NCBI GenBank assembly: GCA_964639285.1
Contig: CAZXCI010000001.1
Span: forward strand, 142,305-206,304
Length of the DNA: 64,000 nt
Direction of reading: 5' to 3'
DNA from: an uncultured Candidatus Saccharibacteria bacterium
GTDB lineage: Bacteria; Patescibacteriota; Minisyncoccia; Phycocordibacterales; XYD1-FULL-46-19
Shown here: in pieces, positions 27,162 to 36,845 of the stretch
How the letters are laid out: every line of letters starts with the position of its first letter
How positions within the stretch are numbered: position 1 is the stretch's first letter
The notes under the pieces: generated by a model
Database searches by the model: none
The model's input: only the letters and a program-made list of their open reading frames with translations
Told to the model about the DNA's origin: nothing
Program-made: the position numbers and the translations under genes

Positions 27162-28016
27162 TTATCGATTGAAGCCATTTAAGAAAGCGCTCCAACTCAT
27201 CTCGCGACGGCCAGCCGGAGTCACTTTGTCGTAAACAAGCTTGTTGTTCTCTAAGTGAGCTTCTTTAATTATAACGCGGATCTTTCCTTCTGGTCCGGGG
27301 TAATCTAAATAAGTGCCTGGCCAAGGATTAAGAGCGAGGATCTTTCGAGAGTTTGATAGGGGTAGATCTTGTAGGCCAAGTTGTCCATCTTCTTTAATAA
27401 ATTTCTTGGTATAAGTAGCTTGGTCATGATCTTGTTCTTTAGGAACGATCTTTTTATCAAGATAATCGGGAATGACTTGAGCGAGAAGCTCTGCTCCTAA
27501 GACAGCCAATTTATCACGTAGATTTTCGAAGTTGTATTTGTCTTTTAATTCAATTTTTTTCTCGGCGATGATCGGACCATGGTCCATCTCGGCATCGACA
27601 AGCATAATGGCGACACCCGTTTCTTCATCACCATTCAGAATGGCGGTCTCCAGGGGTGATGGTCCGCGATATTTAGGAAGAAGGGACGGATGTATGTTGA
27701 GGGTACCATGGGTAGGGATATCTAAAATGGCTTGAGGGATAATTTTGCCATAAGAGGCAACAATAAAAAGCTGGTAGCTTTTAGCTTCTAGCTTTTTAGG
27801 GTCAAAAGTTTTGAGTGAAACTGGTTGAATTATTTTGACGTCATTTTCTTCGGCCCAAATCTTAGTTGGTGGGGGAGTCAGTATCATTTTTCGGCCTTGG
27901 GGTTTATCAGGAACAGTAATAACAAGAGAGGGAATAAGACCACGATTCTTTAAAGTTTCTAGAACTTTGACGCTGAATTGGTCGGTGCCCAAAAAGGCAA
28001 AATTAAGTCTAGTCAT
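27162..28016 (-). CDS. fmt: methionyl-tRNA formyltransferase
   Basis: PDKPQGR, NIHPSLLPKYRG, MDHGPI, NPWPG. Confidence 0.96.
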   Translation of the reverse strand: MTRLNFAFLGTDQFSVKVLETLKNRGLIPSLVITVPDKPQGRKMILTPPPTKIWAEENDVKIIQPVSLKTFDPKKLEAKSYQLFIVASYGKIIPQAILDIPTHGTLNIHPSLLPKYRGPSPLETAILNGDEETGVAIMLVDAEMDHGPIIAEKKIELKDKYNFENLRDKLAVLGAELLAQVIPDYLDKKIVPKEQDHDQATYTKKFIKEDGQLGLQDLPLSNSRKILALNPWPGTYLDYPGPEGKIRVIIKEAHLENNKLVYDKVTPAGRREMSWSAFLNGFNR

Positions 28017-28524
28017 GATCTTTCTCTGGCGGGGCGTATTCTTTTACCCCCTTAGCTTTTTCGGTAAAAAGAATGCCCTCTAGGTGGTCAACTTCGTGTT
28101 GGAAGATTTGGGCCAAGAGGCCAGAACCTGAACGAGTAAATTTCTTTCCTTGCTCATCGTAAGCTGAGATTGTAGCCTTAGTCGATCTCTTCACTTGACC
28201 GAAGAGCCAACGCACCGAGAGACAACCCTCTTCCATTTCTTCTTTTGCTTTTGACAGGCTAGTAATAACCGGATTGATAAAAATTAAGTCTGGCTTAATG
28301 GCTGTCTCGCCTTCTTGGTTAAAGATCTTTCCTGAGACGACAAAAATTCTAAGGGGTAGATTAATTTGGGGAGCAGCGAGAGCGACCCCGTCGTCTTCCT
28401 TAGCCAGGGCCTTGCTCATATCAGCTAGAATCTCCTTAAGTTTCGCGGTACCAAAAAGTTCCTTCCCTACCTCCTTGGCGGGTTCATGCAAGACGGGGCT
28501 TTCTTTTTGAACAATCTTGACCAT
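28009..28524 (-). CDS. def: peptide deformylase
   Basis: GVALAAPQ, EGCLS, QHEVDHL. Confidence 0.97.
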   Translation of the reverse strand: MVKIVQKESPVLHEPAKEVGKELFGTAKLKEILADMSKALAKEDDGVALAAPQINLPLRIFVVSGKIFNQEGETAIKPDLIFINPVITSLSKAKEEMEEGCLSVRWLFGQVKRSTKATISAYDEQGKKFTRSGSGLLAQIFQHEVDHLEGILFTEKAKGVKEYAPPEKDHD

Positions 28525-28560
28525 AATTTAATAACTCTAATTTACAACATTTTTTTCTTT

Positions 28561-30444
28561 TTACAAAACGCTTTCGGGGTCGACGCGGATGATGAAGGTT
28601 GGCGGGAGGTTTCTTAGAAGGGCGAGGAGTTTTTTGTTTGGCCAAGAGGCGGTAGGAAGTTTGATTAAGATGTTTAGAATCGGCAATCCGCTAACGTTTT
28701 TCCCTAACGAGGGATAACTGATTGGTTGCCATTCGGCCAGAGATTCTTCTAGTTGGGCCATGTCTTTCTTTATCTCGTCTTTTTTTCCTTCGCGCGAAAT
28801 TTTAATTAGAACTTTGAAGGGTGGGTAGCCGAGTTCTCGGCGTTCATCTATCTCGTCACGATAGAAATCAAGCAAATTTCCGGAGAGAACATAGGCAAAA
28901 ACTTTTTCTTCGGGATTTCGCGTCTGGATAAAGAGGCGTTTGCTGGCGAGAAGACGAAGACGGAGAAGTTCGCTGAATAATTTTTCTCCTAGGCGGTAGT
29001 CGGGCTTAGCGAAGAGGTGGTCGAGGCCAACCATAGCAATGTTTTCAATTTTATCACCAAGATAATTTAGGGCCATTTCAGTACCGATGAGAACCGAACC
29101 GGGCGAATTATAGAAAAGATCAACGACCTCTCGGGCTTTTCGGCTTGTTTTGGCCACATCGCTGTCGAGGCGAAAAGTTTTTATTTTTGGCAAATTATTT
29201 TTTATTTCTTCCTCAACTTTTTCTGTTCCTAAGCCGAGAAGGACGAGACGATTACCCTTGCAGTTGGGGCAACGGTCCTCAATCTCAATAACCTGTCCAC
29301 ATTTGTGACACAAGAAGAGGGGGGCGCGGTGGATGGCGAGGGCGGAGTGACAAACGTCGCAAGACATGACAAGTCCGCAATCGTTGCAGATTGTGATGGG
29401 GTTTAGCCCCCTTTGGCCGGCGAGAATAAAAAATCTTTCATTATCGTCATTGGCATTTTCAATTTGGGCGAGAAGCCGTTCGCCGAGAGAATTAAGAACG
29501 TCGCCCTCATCTTTTTTGTTCTTTTTTATTAAGGGCCAGAGAATTTGTTTGATATCTGAATAGACCCGATATTTGATAGCGTTGGCCGGGAGAATCTCAC
29601 CTCGGCCGAGTCGATAGATTGTCTCACTGCGAAGAGCGATGTCGCCGAAGATTAGTCGAATTTTTTTCTGTTCGGCTAATTTCTCAGCAAAGAAGCGCCA
29701 ATCAACGTGTGGTCGAGCAAAATTTTTATAATGGCTAGAATTTTCTTTTTCGAAAATTAGGGTGGTGATATCGGCTCGAGGCAAAGATAAGAAAAGAGGA
29801 GTAGCAATGATTAAAATTGGATGAGTCGTGCCCAGTGTCTTTTTCCAGAGGAGGAGAATTTGGTTTTTTGTCAATCCGCCGTGCAGAGTCACAACGTATT
29901 GTTCGATTCCTTTAGAAATCAAAGCCGAGACTCGCTCAATGTCAGCTAGTGTTGGGAGACAAAGAAAGACAGATTGTTTTTTCGCAAAACTTTCTCGGAT
30001 TAAGCTTTTATAGAAAGAGAGGCGTTCTTCGTCTGGCTCCTGGATAGCCATGATCTCGGGCGAAATCTTTTCTCGTGGATCTTTCCATTTTGATAACTTG
30101 AGATCAGGTAATTTTTCGAGAATTATTTGCGGGACAAGCGACTTGATCACCTGGCCCGTGAAGACAGCGTAATATTCTGCTGTTAAATTTGCGGCCTTAA
30201 TAAATTCGGGGGAGAAATAACCATCTTTTTTTACTCGATTTATTTTGCGCCAGCCAAAATCAGTTTTTTTTATTTGAGTCTTAAGATCTTTGACTGCCTT
30301 CTCGGCAACAACTAATCCGTCAATTGTTTTGTTTTTAATAGGGACAGAGACAAGAGAACCCAAGGAGACCTCTTGAGCGGTAAAATAAGAGAGAGATTCT
30401 CGCCAAATACCTTTGCTGAGGGGGACAACGCTAACAATCTTCAT
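28561..30444 (-). CDS. priA: primosomal protein N' (helicase motifs degenerate)
   Basis: N-terminal 3'-DNA-binding domain, four CxxC, G.GTE, YPPF; no Walker A/DEAH. Confidence 0.85.
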   Translation of the reverse strand: MKIVSVVPLSKGIWRESLSYFTAQEVSLGSLVSVPIKNKTIDGLVVAEKAVKDLKTQIKKTDFGWRKINRVKKDGYFSPEFIKAANLTAEYYAVFTGQVIKSLVPQIILEKLPDLKLSKWKDPREKISPEIMAIQEPDEERLSFYKSLIRESFAKKQSVFLCLPTLADIERVSALISKGIEQYVVTLHGGLTKNQILLLWKKTLGTTHPILIIATPLFLSLPRADITTLIFEKENSSHYKNFARPHVDWRFFAEKLAEQKKIRLIFGDIALRSETIYRLGRGEILPANAIKYRVYSDIKQILWPLIKKNKKDEGDVLNSLGERLLAQIENANDDNERFFILAGQRGLNPITICNDCGLVMSCDVCHSALAIHRAPLFLCHKCGQVIEIEDRCPNCKGNRLVLLGLGTEKVEEEIKNNLPKIKTFRLDSDVAKTSRKAREVVDLFYNSPGSVLIGTEMALNYLGDKIENIAMVGLDHLFAKPDYRLGEKLFSELLRLRLLASKRLFIQTRNPEEKVFAYVLSGNLLDFYRDEIDERRELGYPPFKVLIKISREGKKDEIKKDMAQLEESLAEWQPISYPSLGKNVSGLPILNILIKLPTASWPNKKLLALLRNLPPTFIIRVDPESVL

Positions 30445-30528
30445 TGTTGGCAGTATATCGATTTTGAGAGATATCCACAACCAGGGAAATTCTTCCTCTT
30501 TTTAAGTTTAGGTTGTATAATAAAAGGG

Positions 30529-31173
30529 ATGAAAGGAATTGCCTGGCTAATCACTGGCCTGATGCTCGCTCTTTTGCTAGTGAGCGGTGTTAGTGTTGGC
30601 TCACGGCTTTCTTTGTCTAACTATTTTCCTCTAACTCAAGACTTAAAATCCATTGGGCAGATTTCCCATCAAACTTTGATCCGAGCTAATCAAGGCTTTA
30701 AGGCGCAAAAGACCTTTCTTAATAATTCGGCTACGGTTGTTACCACTTGGGATCTTGTCTTTGGTTGGATTTCTCCAGTTATTGATTGGTTAGGTGATCT
30801 TTGGTTCAACATTGTCGAAGCCTGGCGGCGCTTTCTGGGCCTTTCTTCTAACGAACCTGAGCTTGCCGAGATTACTCCGGCGATGAGAGAACAATTGAAG
30901 CGAGAGCTGCTGGCAGAATTAGAAAGTCAGGGGCTCCTCGATTTTTCATCTTCGGCCGAGAATGTTTCTGGGATAAAGTATGGTGTGACAGTTGTTCCTT
31001 CAACGGGCTCGACAACAAGCGATGAGTTACTTAAGAAAAACTTAAACCAAATGTTCGCTGATCAGGTTCGCTTAAGGTTTGACCGGGACGGCTTGACGGG
31101 AGTCGTTACTCCAATCTTCAGAGACGGGAGCGAAGGGAGTGATTATATTTTTGTTTTAAGTCCTATACCCTAA
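30529..31173 (+). CDS. hypothetical membrane-anchored protein
   Basis: ATG 30529 after TATAAT; N-terminal TM; C-terminal FAD.V...GVVTPIF. Confidence 0.75.
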   Translation: MKGIAWLITGLMLALLLVSGVSVGSRLSLSNYFPLTQDLKSIGQISHQTLIRANQGFKAQKTFLNNSATVVTTWDLVFGWISPVIDWLGDLWFNIVEAWRRFLGLSSNEPELAEITPAMREQLKRELLAELESQGLLDFSSSAENVSGIKYGVTVVPSTGSTTSDELLKKNLNQMFADQVRLRFDRDGLTGVVTPIFRDGSEGSDYIFVLSPIP

Positions 31174-31175
31174 AA

Positions 31176-33125
31176 ATGAAAAAATTCCTTATTTCTTCTA
31201 TATCTGTCCTTATTGTTTTTTTTGTCGCGAGTAATGTGTTGGCTTATGTGGCGGCAAGTCCTAATTATAAATTAGAGAAAGACAGTATTAATTTTGGGGG
31301 GACAGACTCCTCAGCCTCAACGATCTTTAAAAATAATAGCACCTTAGGGGAAATTATTTCTGGTATTACTAATGGTACGAATTATAACGCGAGCTCAGGC
31401 TATCGTTATATGAATCCTGATCAATCGACCGTTACCACTACTTCGGGTTGTAAGGATCCAGCGGCCAATAATTACGATAGCAGTTTTGACGTCGCAGACA
31501 ATACGCAATGCACCTATGATGTCACCTCTTGTATTGATTGTGGTGTTTTTGGGTGCAAAGATCCCAATGCTCTAAACTATAATCCTAATGTCACTAGCGT
31601 TGATAACAGCACTTGCACTTACGCCTCGTCAGGGGTTCGGGGTTGTACGAACCCCAAGGCTTCTAATTATGACTCACTCGCGACAATTAATGATGGTTCT
31701 TGTCTCTTTGGTGGTGGGCCAGGACCCTCGGACATTTTAGGCTGTACTGATCCGAAAGCTCAGAACTATAACCGTCTGGCTGACAAAGATGATGGGAGCT
31801 GCAATTATAGTCCATTTTATTCTACTTCGACCGAAGAGATTCTTGAACCAATCTCTGGCGGATGGGATTTTCTTTTTATTCAACCGCAAGAAAAGGTCAA
31901 GACTTTTGATTCGCGGATGAGGGTAAGGATTATTGGATCGAAGAACTTAACCATCCTTTTTAACCCCAATCTGGCCACTACGTCTCTAAAGACGATTGGA
32001 GTTACTCTAACTGATCCAGAGGATAGGACGAAGACTTTTTCTTTTCTGATGCACCGCAGTAGTGATAGGTCGGCTTATGAGGCAATTATTGGCCCACTTC
32101 TTCGTCCGGGGACTTATCCAATAGATTTTTATATTGTGAGTTATTATGATCAGATGGTGAAGCATATCAGGGGAAATCTGATTGTTTCGGGTCCTCTAGA
32201 TATCTGGGCTGTTTCCAAACAAGTTGTCCCCATTGCGGCGGCAACTGGGCTGGCCGTAGGATTTGGTTCGCCTCTTTATAACCTATTCCTTCTCCTTTTC
32301 CGTTTCTTGGCTTATTTCTTCGGTAAAAGAAAAGAAGAGAATCCCTGGGGGACAGTTTATGATTCTGAGACAAAACGTCCATTGGACCCGGTTTATTTGA
32401 CAGTAAATCAGGCCGGCTCCCCGGGAGGAGAAGTGGCAACGGCTATTACTGATATCGATGGACGTTTCAGTTTCTTTTTGCCGGCTGGGACTTATACGAT
32501 TAAGGCGGGGAAGACTCATTATCGCTTCCCCTCAGAGAGATTGGCAGGAAAAAGTTCTGACGAAATTTACGATCATCTTTATTTTGGTGGAGACCTGACG
32601 ACTAGTGGGCAGGAGATAATCAATATTAACATTCCTCTAGATCCGATTGATTTTGATTGGAATGAATTTGCTAAGACAAAGAAAAACTTTTTTGAATTTT
32701 ATAAACGAAAAGCTCTTTGGCTTAATCGTCTTTATGAAGTCATTTTCTTTCTTGGTTTTGCTTTGTCTGCCTACGCTCTCGTTATCTTCCCGTCTTGGTG
32801 GAATATTATAGTTTTGGCTCTTTACTTTGTTGTTCTCGCTCTTAATCATTTCTTGCATAACTATCATAAGCCCCTCCGGGTTGAACGAAATGGTGAACCC
32901 CTACCTTTCTCTATTGTTCGGATTTATCTGCCTGACCTTCATCAGCAGATTAAATATGCCGTGGCTGATAAACTAGGACGCTTCTATCTCTTGGTCCGGC
33001 CGGGAGTCTATTATTACACCGTGGAGGAGAAACAACCGGATGGTTCATACCTTAAAGTTTTCCAATCAGATCCAATTAATTTACCCAAAGGTGTTTTGAC
33101 TAAGGATATAATCCTTTCTTCCTAA
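31176..33125 (+). CDS. secreted/membrane protein with four GCxDPxAxNY repeats and carboxypeptidase-regulatory-like domains
   Basis: GCKDPAANNY, GCKDPNALNY, GCTNPKASNY, GCTDPKAQNY; WGTVYDS, TDIDGRF, TM segments. Confidence 0.85.
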   Translation: MKKFLISSISVLIVFFVASNVLAYVAASPNYKLEKDSINFGGTDSSASTIFKNNSTLGEIISGITNGTNYNASSGYRYMNPDQSTVTTTSGCKDPAANNYDSSFDVADNTQCTYDVTSCIDCGVFGCKDPNALNYNPNVTSVDNSTCTYASSGVRGCTNPKASNYDSLATINDGSCLFGGGPGPSDILGCTDPKAQNYNRLADKDDGSCNYSPFYSTSTEEILEPISGGWDFLFIQPQEKVKTFDSRMRVRIIGSKNLTILFNPNLATTSLKTIGVTLTDPEDRTKTFSFLMHRSSDRSAYEAIIGPLLRPGTYPIDFYIVSYYDQMVKHIRGNLIVSGPLDIWAVSKQVVPIAAATGLAVGFGSPLYNLFLLLFRFLAYFFGKRKEENPWGTVYDSETKRPLDPVYLTVNQAGSPGGEVATAITDIDGRFSFFLPAGTYTIKAGKTHYRFPSERLAGKSSDEIYDHLYFGGDLTTSGQEIININIPLDPIDFDWNEFAKTKKNFFEFYKRKALWLNRLYEVIFFLGFALSAYALVIFPSWWNIIVLALYFVVLALNHFLHNYHKPLRVERNGEPLPFSIVRIYLPDLHQQIKYAVADKLGRFYLLVRPGVYYYTVEEKQPDGSYLKVFQSDPINLPKGVLTKDIILSS

Positions 33126-33186
33126 GGGTTTGCTTTAAATAGCTGAGACAGGTAGAATTGCCTTATAAAACTTATAAGGGTCATTT

Positions 33187-34200
33187 ATGGCTATTTTAAC
33201 GACAAAATTAGGGATTGATTTGGGTACAGCTAATACGCTGGTCTATGTTCCTGGCAAGGGGATTGTCCTTAACGAGCCCTCAGTAGTAGCTGTTAACCAG
33301 AATGATAATCGTGTGGTGGCGGTTGGCTCAGAAGCTAAAGACATGGTTGGCAAAGCGCCGGATAGTATTATGGTCTACAAACCAATGAAGGATGGGGTTA
33401 TTGCTGATTATCGAATTACCGAAGCCATGCTTCGTTATTATATTTCTAAGGCCCTTGGCCGTTTTAATCTTTTCAAACCAGATATTATGGTTTCGGTACC
33501 AGCCGGAGTCACTTCAACAGAGAGACGGGCAGTGATTGAAGCAACGATGCGTGCTGGAGCCAAGAATGCTTATGTGGTCAAAGAGCCTATTCTTGCTGCC
33601 ATCGGAGCCGGTATCCCTATTTACGAAGCGCATGGTCACATGGTGGTGGATATTGGTGGCGGAACGATCGATGTCGCTGTCATCTCTCTTGGCGGAATTG
33701 TTTCTTCTACTTCAGTCAAGCATGCAGGCAACAAAACAGATCAAGCGATTGCTGATTATATTAAGAAGACCTTCAATCTTGCTATTGGTGACAAGACCGC
33801 CGAAGAGGTTAAAATGTCAATTGGTTCGGCCATACCAGTCGAGGAGGAATTATCCTATATTATTAAAGGCCGAGATTTTTTGACTGGATTGCCTCGTTCG
33901 GCTGAGATCAGGACCAACGAAATTGTTCGAGCGATTGACAACGAGCTGAAGGAGATTGTTCGAGCGATTAAAGTTGTCTTTCAAGAAACTCCACCTGAGT
34001 TATCGGCTGATGTTATTGATCAGGGGATTACCTTAACGGGTGGTTCTTCTCAACTTCGCAACTTGGCCGAGCTTGTTTTTCGTAAGACGGGAGTGAAGGC
34101 TTATGTAGCTGACGATCCTCTTTATTGTGTTGCTAAGGGTACGGGTATTGCCCTCGAACATCTTGATGTCTACAAAAAAAGCATCATCTCTAAACGCTAA
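33187..34200 (+). CDS. mreB: rod shape-determining actin homolog (copy 1)
   Basis: GIDLGTAN, EPSVVA, DIGGGT, TPPELS. Confidence 0.96.
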   Translation: MAILTTKLGIDLGTANTLVYVPGKGIVLNEPSVVAVNQNDNRVVAVGSEAKDMVGKAPDSIMVYKPMKDGVIADYRITEAMLRYYISKALGRFNLFKPDIMVSVPAGVTSTERRAVIEATMRAGAKNAYVVKEPILAAIGAGIPIYEAHGHMVVDIGGGTIDVAVISLGGIVSSTSVKHAGNKTDQAIADYIKKTFNLAIGDKTAEEVKMSIGSAIPVEEELSYIIKGRDFLTGLPRSAEIRTNEIVRAIDNELKEIVRAIKVVFQETPPELSADVIDQGITLTGGSSQLRNLAELVFRKTGVKAYVADDPLYCVAKGTGIALEHLDVYKKSIISKR

Positions 34201-34894
34201 AGCAAGCAAAAGTTTCTTTTCTCATCAAGCTTCTCTGCTTGTTGGAGACAGAAATTATTGGAAAAATTTTTTGATAGAAAAGTTAAGGGATTTTCTTCGA
34301 GTTGAAAATTTAAATAGCTCACCTGACGTCTCATGGCAGAGCTATGAATCTTTTGGGATTAAAGATAGTCATAACTTGATTGAGAAAGAAGTCCAAAAAT
34401 CTTTCACTGGCCAAGGTCGATTTTTTATATTAGAGATTTCTTCTATTACACCTGAGGCACAGAATGCTTTGCTCAAAACTTTTGAAGAGCCAATGGCTGA
34501 TACCCACCTCTTCTTAATTGTCCGCACGGCCGAGATTTTGTTGCCAACCTTGCTCTCGCGTTTGGTTGTCTTCAATCAAGCGGACGAAGTTGGACTTCGG
34601 GCTCACTTGAAGTCCAACTTCGGGGGCGCCACCAAATTTCTCAAACTCGACTTGCCTGACCGTCTTGATTTCATCCAAAAAGAGTTTCTTAAGGATAGGG
34701 ACGTAAAGAAGAGTGAAATAATCAATTTTGTCTCTAACTTAGAGAAAACCTTTCGCTCGCAAATCAAGATGAAGGAAATAACTAAAGACGAAGAAATTGC
34801 TCTCCATGAACTAGAGAAATGCCAACGTTATCTCCAGAACCCTCGCTCCTCCAACCGACTTATTCTCGAACACTTAGCCTTGATATTACCTTAG
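34166..34894 (+). CDS. holB: DNA polymerase III delta'-like subunit
   Basis: EAQNALLKTFEEP, LLPTLLSR; start uncertain. Confidence 0.75.
   Translation: MSTKKASSLNAKASKSFFSHQASLLVGDRNYWKNFLIEKLRDFLRVENLNSSPDVSWQSYESFGIKDSHNLIEKEVQKSFTGQGRFFILEISSITPEAQNALLKTFEEPMADTHLFLIVRTAEILLPTLLSRLVVFNQADEVGLRAHLKSNFGGATKFLKLDLPDRLDFIQKEFLKDRDVKKSEIINFVSNLEKTFRSQIKMKEITKDEEIALHELEKCQRYLQNPRSSNRLILEHLALILP
34586..34621. repeat. 36-bp hairpin element (loop GGGCTCACTT) in frame in holB
   Basis: Perfect 13-bp stem gaagttggacttc/gaagtccaacttc; same loop as 43812-43847, 62077-62118 and 57368-57460. Confidence 0.8.
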
Positions 34895-34946
34895 GTTAAG
34901 AATTTTGGTGTTTGGTTTTTTGGGAGAGATGCGATAAAATATAATT

Positions 34947-35495
34947 ATGTATAATTTTTCATCATTTAAAACAAAATTAGGGGAAGTGGAAGAGTGGCTC
35001 GGGCGAGAATATTTAGGGGTTAGGACGGGGAAAGCTTCTCCTGCTGTCTTAGACAATGTCATGGTAGATTCTTATGGCTCCAAGACTCCACTTAAGCATG
35101 TAGCGGCCATTGGGACTGAAGATGCGCGAACTATTCGTGTAACTCCTTGGGACAAGAGCCAACTAAATGCTATCCAGACGGCTATTGACGTGGCGAATCT
35201 CGGACTTTCTGTTTCGCCGGACGAGACGGGATTAAGGGTGATTTTCCCTGTTTTGACCGAAGAGCGACGCAAAATGCTGATTAAAATAATGGGGGAGAAG
35301 CTTGAAGATGCTCGCATCTCGGTGCGCAAAGAGCGAGAAAAAATCTGGGCCGATATCCAGGCCGAAGAGAAGGCCGGGAAGCTTAGCGAGGACGAGAAAT
35401 TCAAGGCCAAAGATGAATTACAAAAATTGATCGATGAAGCCAACAAAAAGCTAGAAGATTTGTCGAAACGTAAAGAAACCGAAATAATGTCGTAA
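34947..35495 (+). CDS. frr: ribosome recycling factor
   Basis: RTGKASP, LTEERRK, IQ/LQKLID. Confidence 0.96.
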   Translation: MYNFSSFKTKLGEVEEWLGREYLGVRTGKASPAVLDNVMVDSYGSKTPLKHVAAIGTEDARTIRVTPWDKSQLNAIQTAIDVANLGLSVSPDETGLRVIFPVLTEERRKMLIKIMGEKLEDARISVRKEREKIWADIQAEEKAGKLSEDEKFKAKDELQKLIDEANKKLEDLSKRKETEIMS

Positions 35496-35497
35496 TC

Positions 35498-35581
35498 ATT
35501 AATCAGCTCATACTTCTAAAAAGTCCTCGGATCTCCTCACTCCGTTCGGCCAGACATTTTTATAAGAATGAGCTGATTAAT
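35498..35581. repeat. hairpin element with core GTCCTCGGATCTCCTCACTCCGTTCGGCCAGAC
   Basis: Core shared with 55649-55681; flanked by a locus-specific inverted repeat. Confidence 0.8.
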
Positions 35582-35592
35582 TAAATAATAAA

Positions 35593-36702
35593 ATGACCAT
35601 AATTCTTTTCATTGTTGTTCTTGCTATCTTAATCCTCACTCATGAGCTTGGGCATTTTTTGACGGCGAAGTGGGCGAAAATTCGAGTTGATGAATTTGGC
35701 CTTGGTCTCCCACCCAAAATTTGGGGGATTAAGTGGGGGGAGACTGTCTATTCTATCAATTGGTTGCCTCTCGGAGGCTTTGTCAAAATTTTTGGTGAGG
35801 ATCCCAATGAAGAAAATATTAGTGGACCCGATAGTGCTCGTTCTTTTGTTAATCGGCCGAAGTGGGTCCAGGCTGTCGTTTTGGTGGCTGGCGTTACTCT
35901 TAATTTTGTCCTGGCCTGGGTTCTAATCTCCATTAATCTTGGGATTGGGATGCCGGCTGGTCTTGAGGATTTGCCGCGTGGGCTTCAGGTGAGAAATGAA
36001 TCACTCTCCATCGTTAATGTCTTAAGAGAATCTCCAGCCTCTGAAGCGGGCCTTCAGGTTGGAGACAAATTGATTTCTTTTTCTTCGGGAGAAGAAAAGA
36101 TTATTGATCTCTCTGTTGAGTCGGTCCATAATTTTACCAAGAAATTTCCTGATCAACCGATCAAGGTTGAATATGTTCGCTCAGACTCTAGCTCGGGACA
36201 GAATTCTGTTGCCACGGTTATTCCTAAGTTGGGGGTAACGGGGAACGAAGCCGCGATTGGTATTGCCACACAGAAGATTGGGATTGTATCGGCCTCTTGG
36301 TGGCAGACTCCTTTCTATGGTCTTTTCTTTTCTTATCATCTGACAATTAACACATTGCTTGCTTTTGGTGATTTCTTCTCCAACATCTTTTCTTCGGGGC
36401 GAGAGGCGCTGGGAGCAATTGCTGGACCGATTGGTATTTATAGTTTGATTGATGACGCGAGCCGTCTTGGTTTTGTCTATATTCTAAATTTTGTAGCTTT
36501 AATCTCTATCAACTTGGCGATTCTCAACCTCCTCCCTTTCCCAGCTCTCGATGGTGGTCGGCTACTCTTCGTCATTATTGAAGCTGTTATTCGTCGACCA
36601 ATCAATCCCAAAGTGGCCAGTGCTCTCAACTTGATTGGCTTTGTCCTCCTGATTCTGCTTATGTTCATCATCGCCGTGAGCGATATCTTCAAACTATTAT
36701 AA
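35593..36702 (+). CDS. rseP: RIP metalloprotease RseP (M50, PDZ)
   Basis: HELGH, PLGGFV, NLLPFPALDGG. Confidence 0.95.
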   Translation: MTIILFIVVLAILILTHELGHFLTAKWAKIRVDEFGLGLPPKIWGIKWGETVYSINWLPLGGFVKIFGEDPNEENISGPDSARSFVNRPKWVQAVVLVAGVTLNFVLAWVLISINLGIGMPAGLEDLPRGLQVRNESLSIVNVLRESPASEAGLQVGDKLISFSSGEEKIIDLSVESVHNFTKKFPDQPIKVEYVRSDSSSGQNSVATVIPKLGVTGNEAAIGIATQKIGIVSASWWQTPFYGLFFSYHLTINTLLAFGDFFSNIFSSGREALGAIAGPIGIYSLIDDASRLGFVYILNFVALISINLAILNLLPFPALDGGRLLFVIIEAVIRRPINPKVASALNLIGFVLLILLMFIIAVSDIFKLL

Positions 36703-36845
36703 AATAAGGCTTAATGGAGGTCTCGCCTCCATGGCTAAGATATGTAGAAGGACCGTCCTTGGTAGGAAGGTAAAATGTGTTGTAATAATATTCTTATGAT
36801 TTTAGACTTTTTGACCCTAGGGGGGTTTTGCGTTAAGATAGGGGC

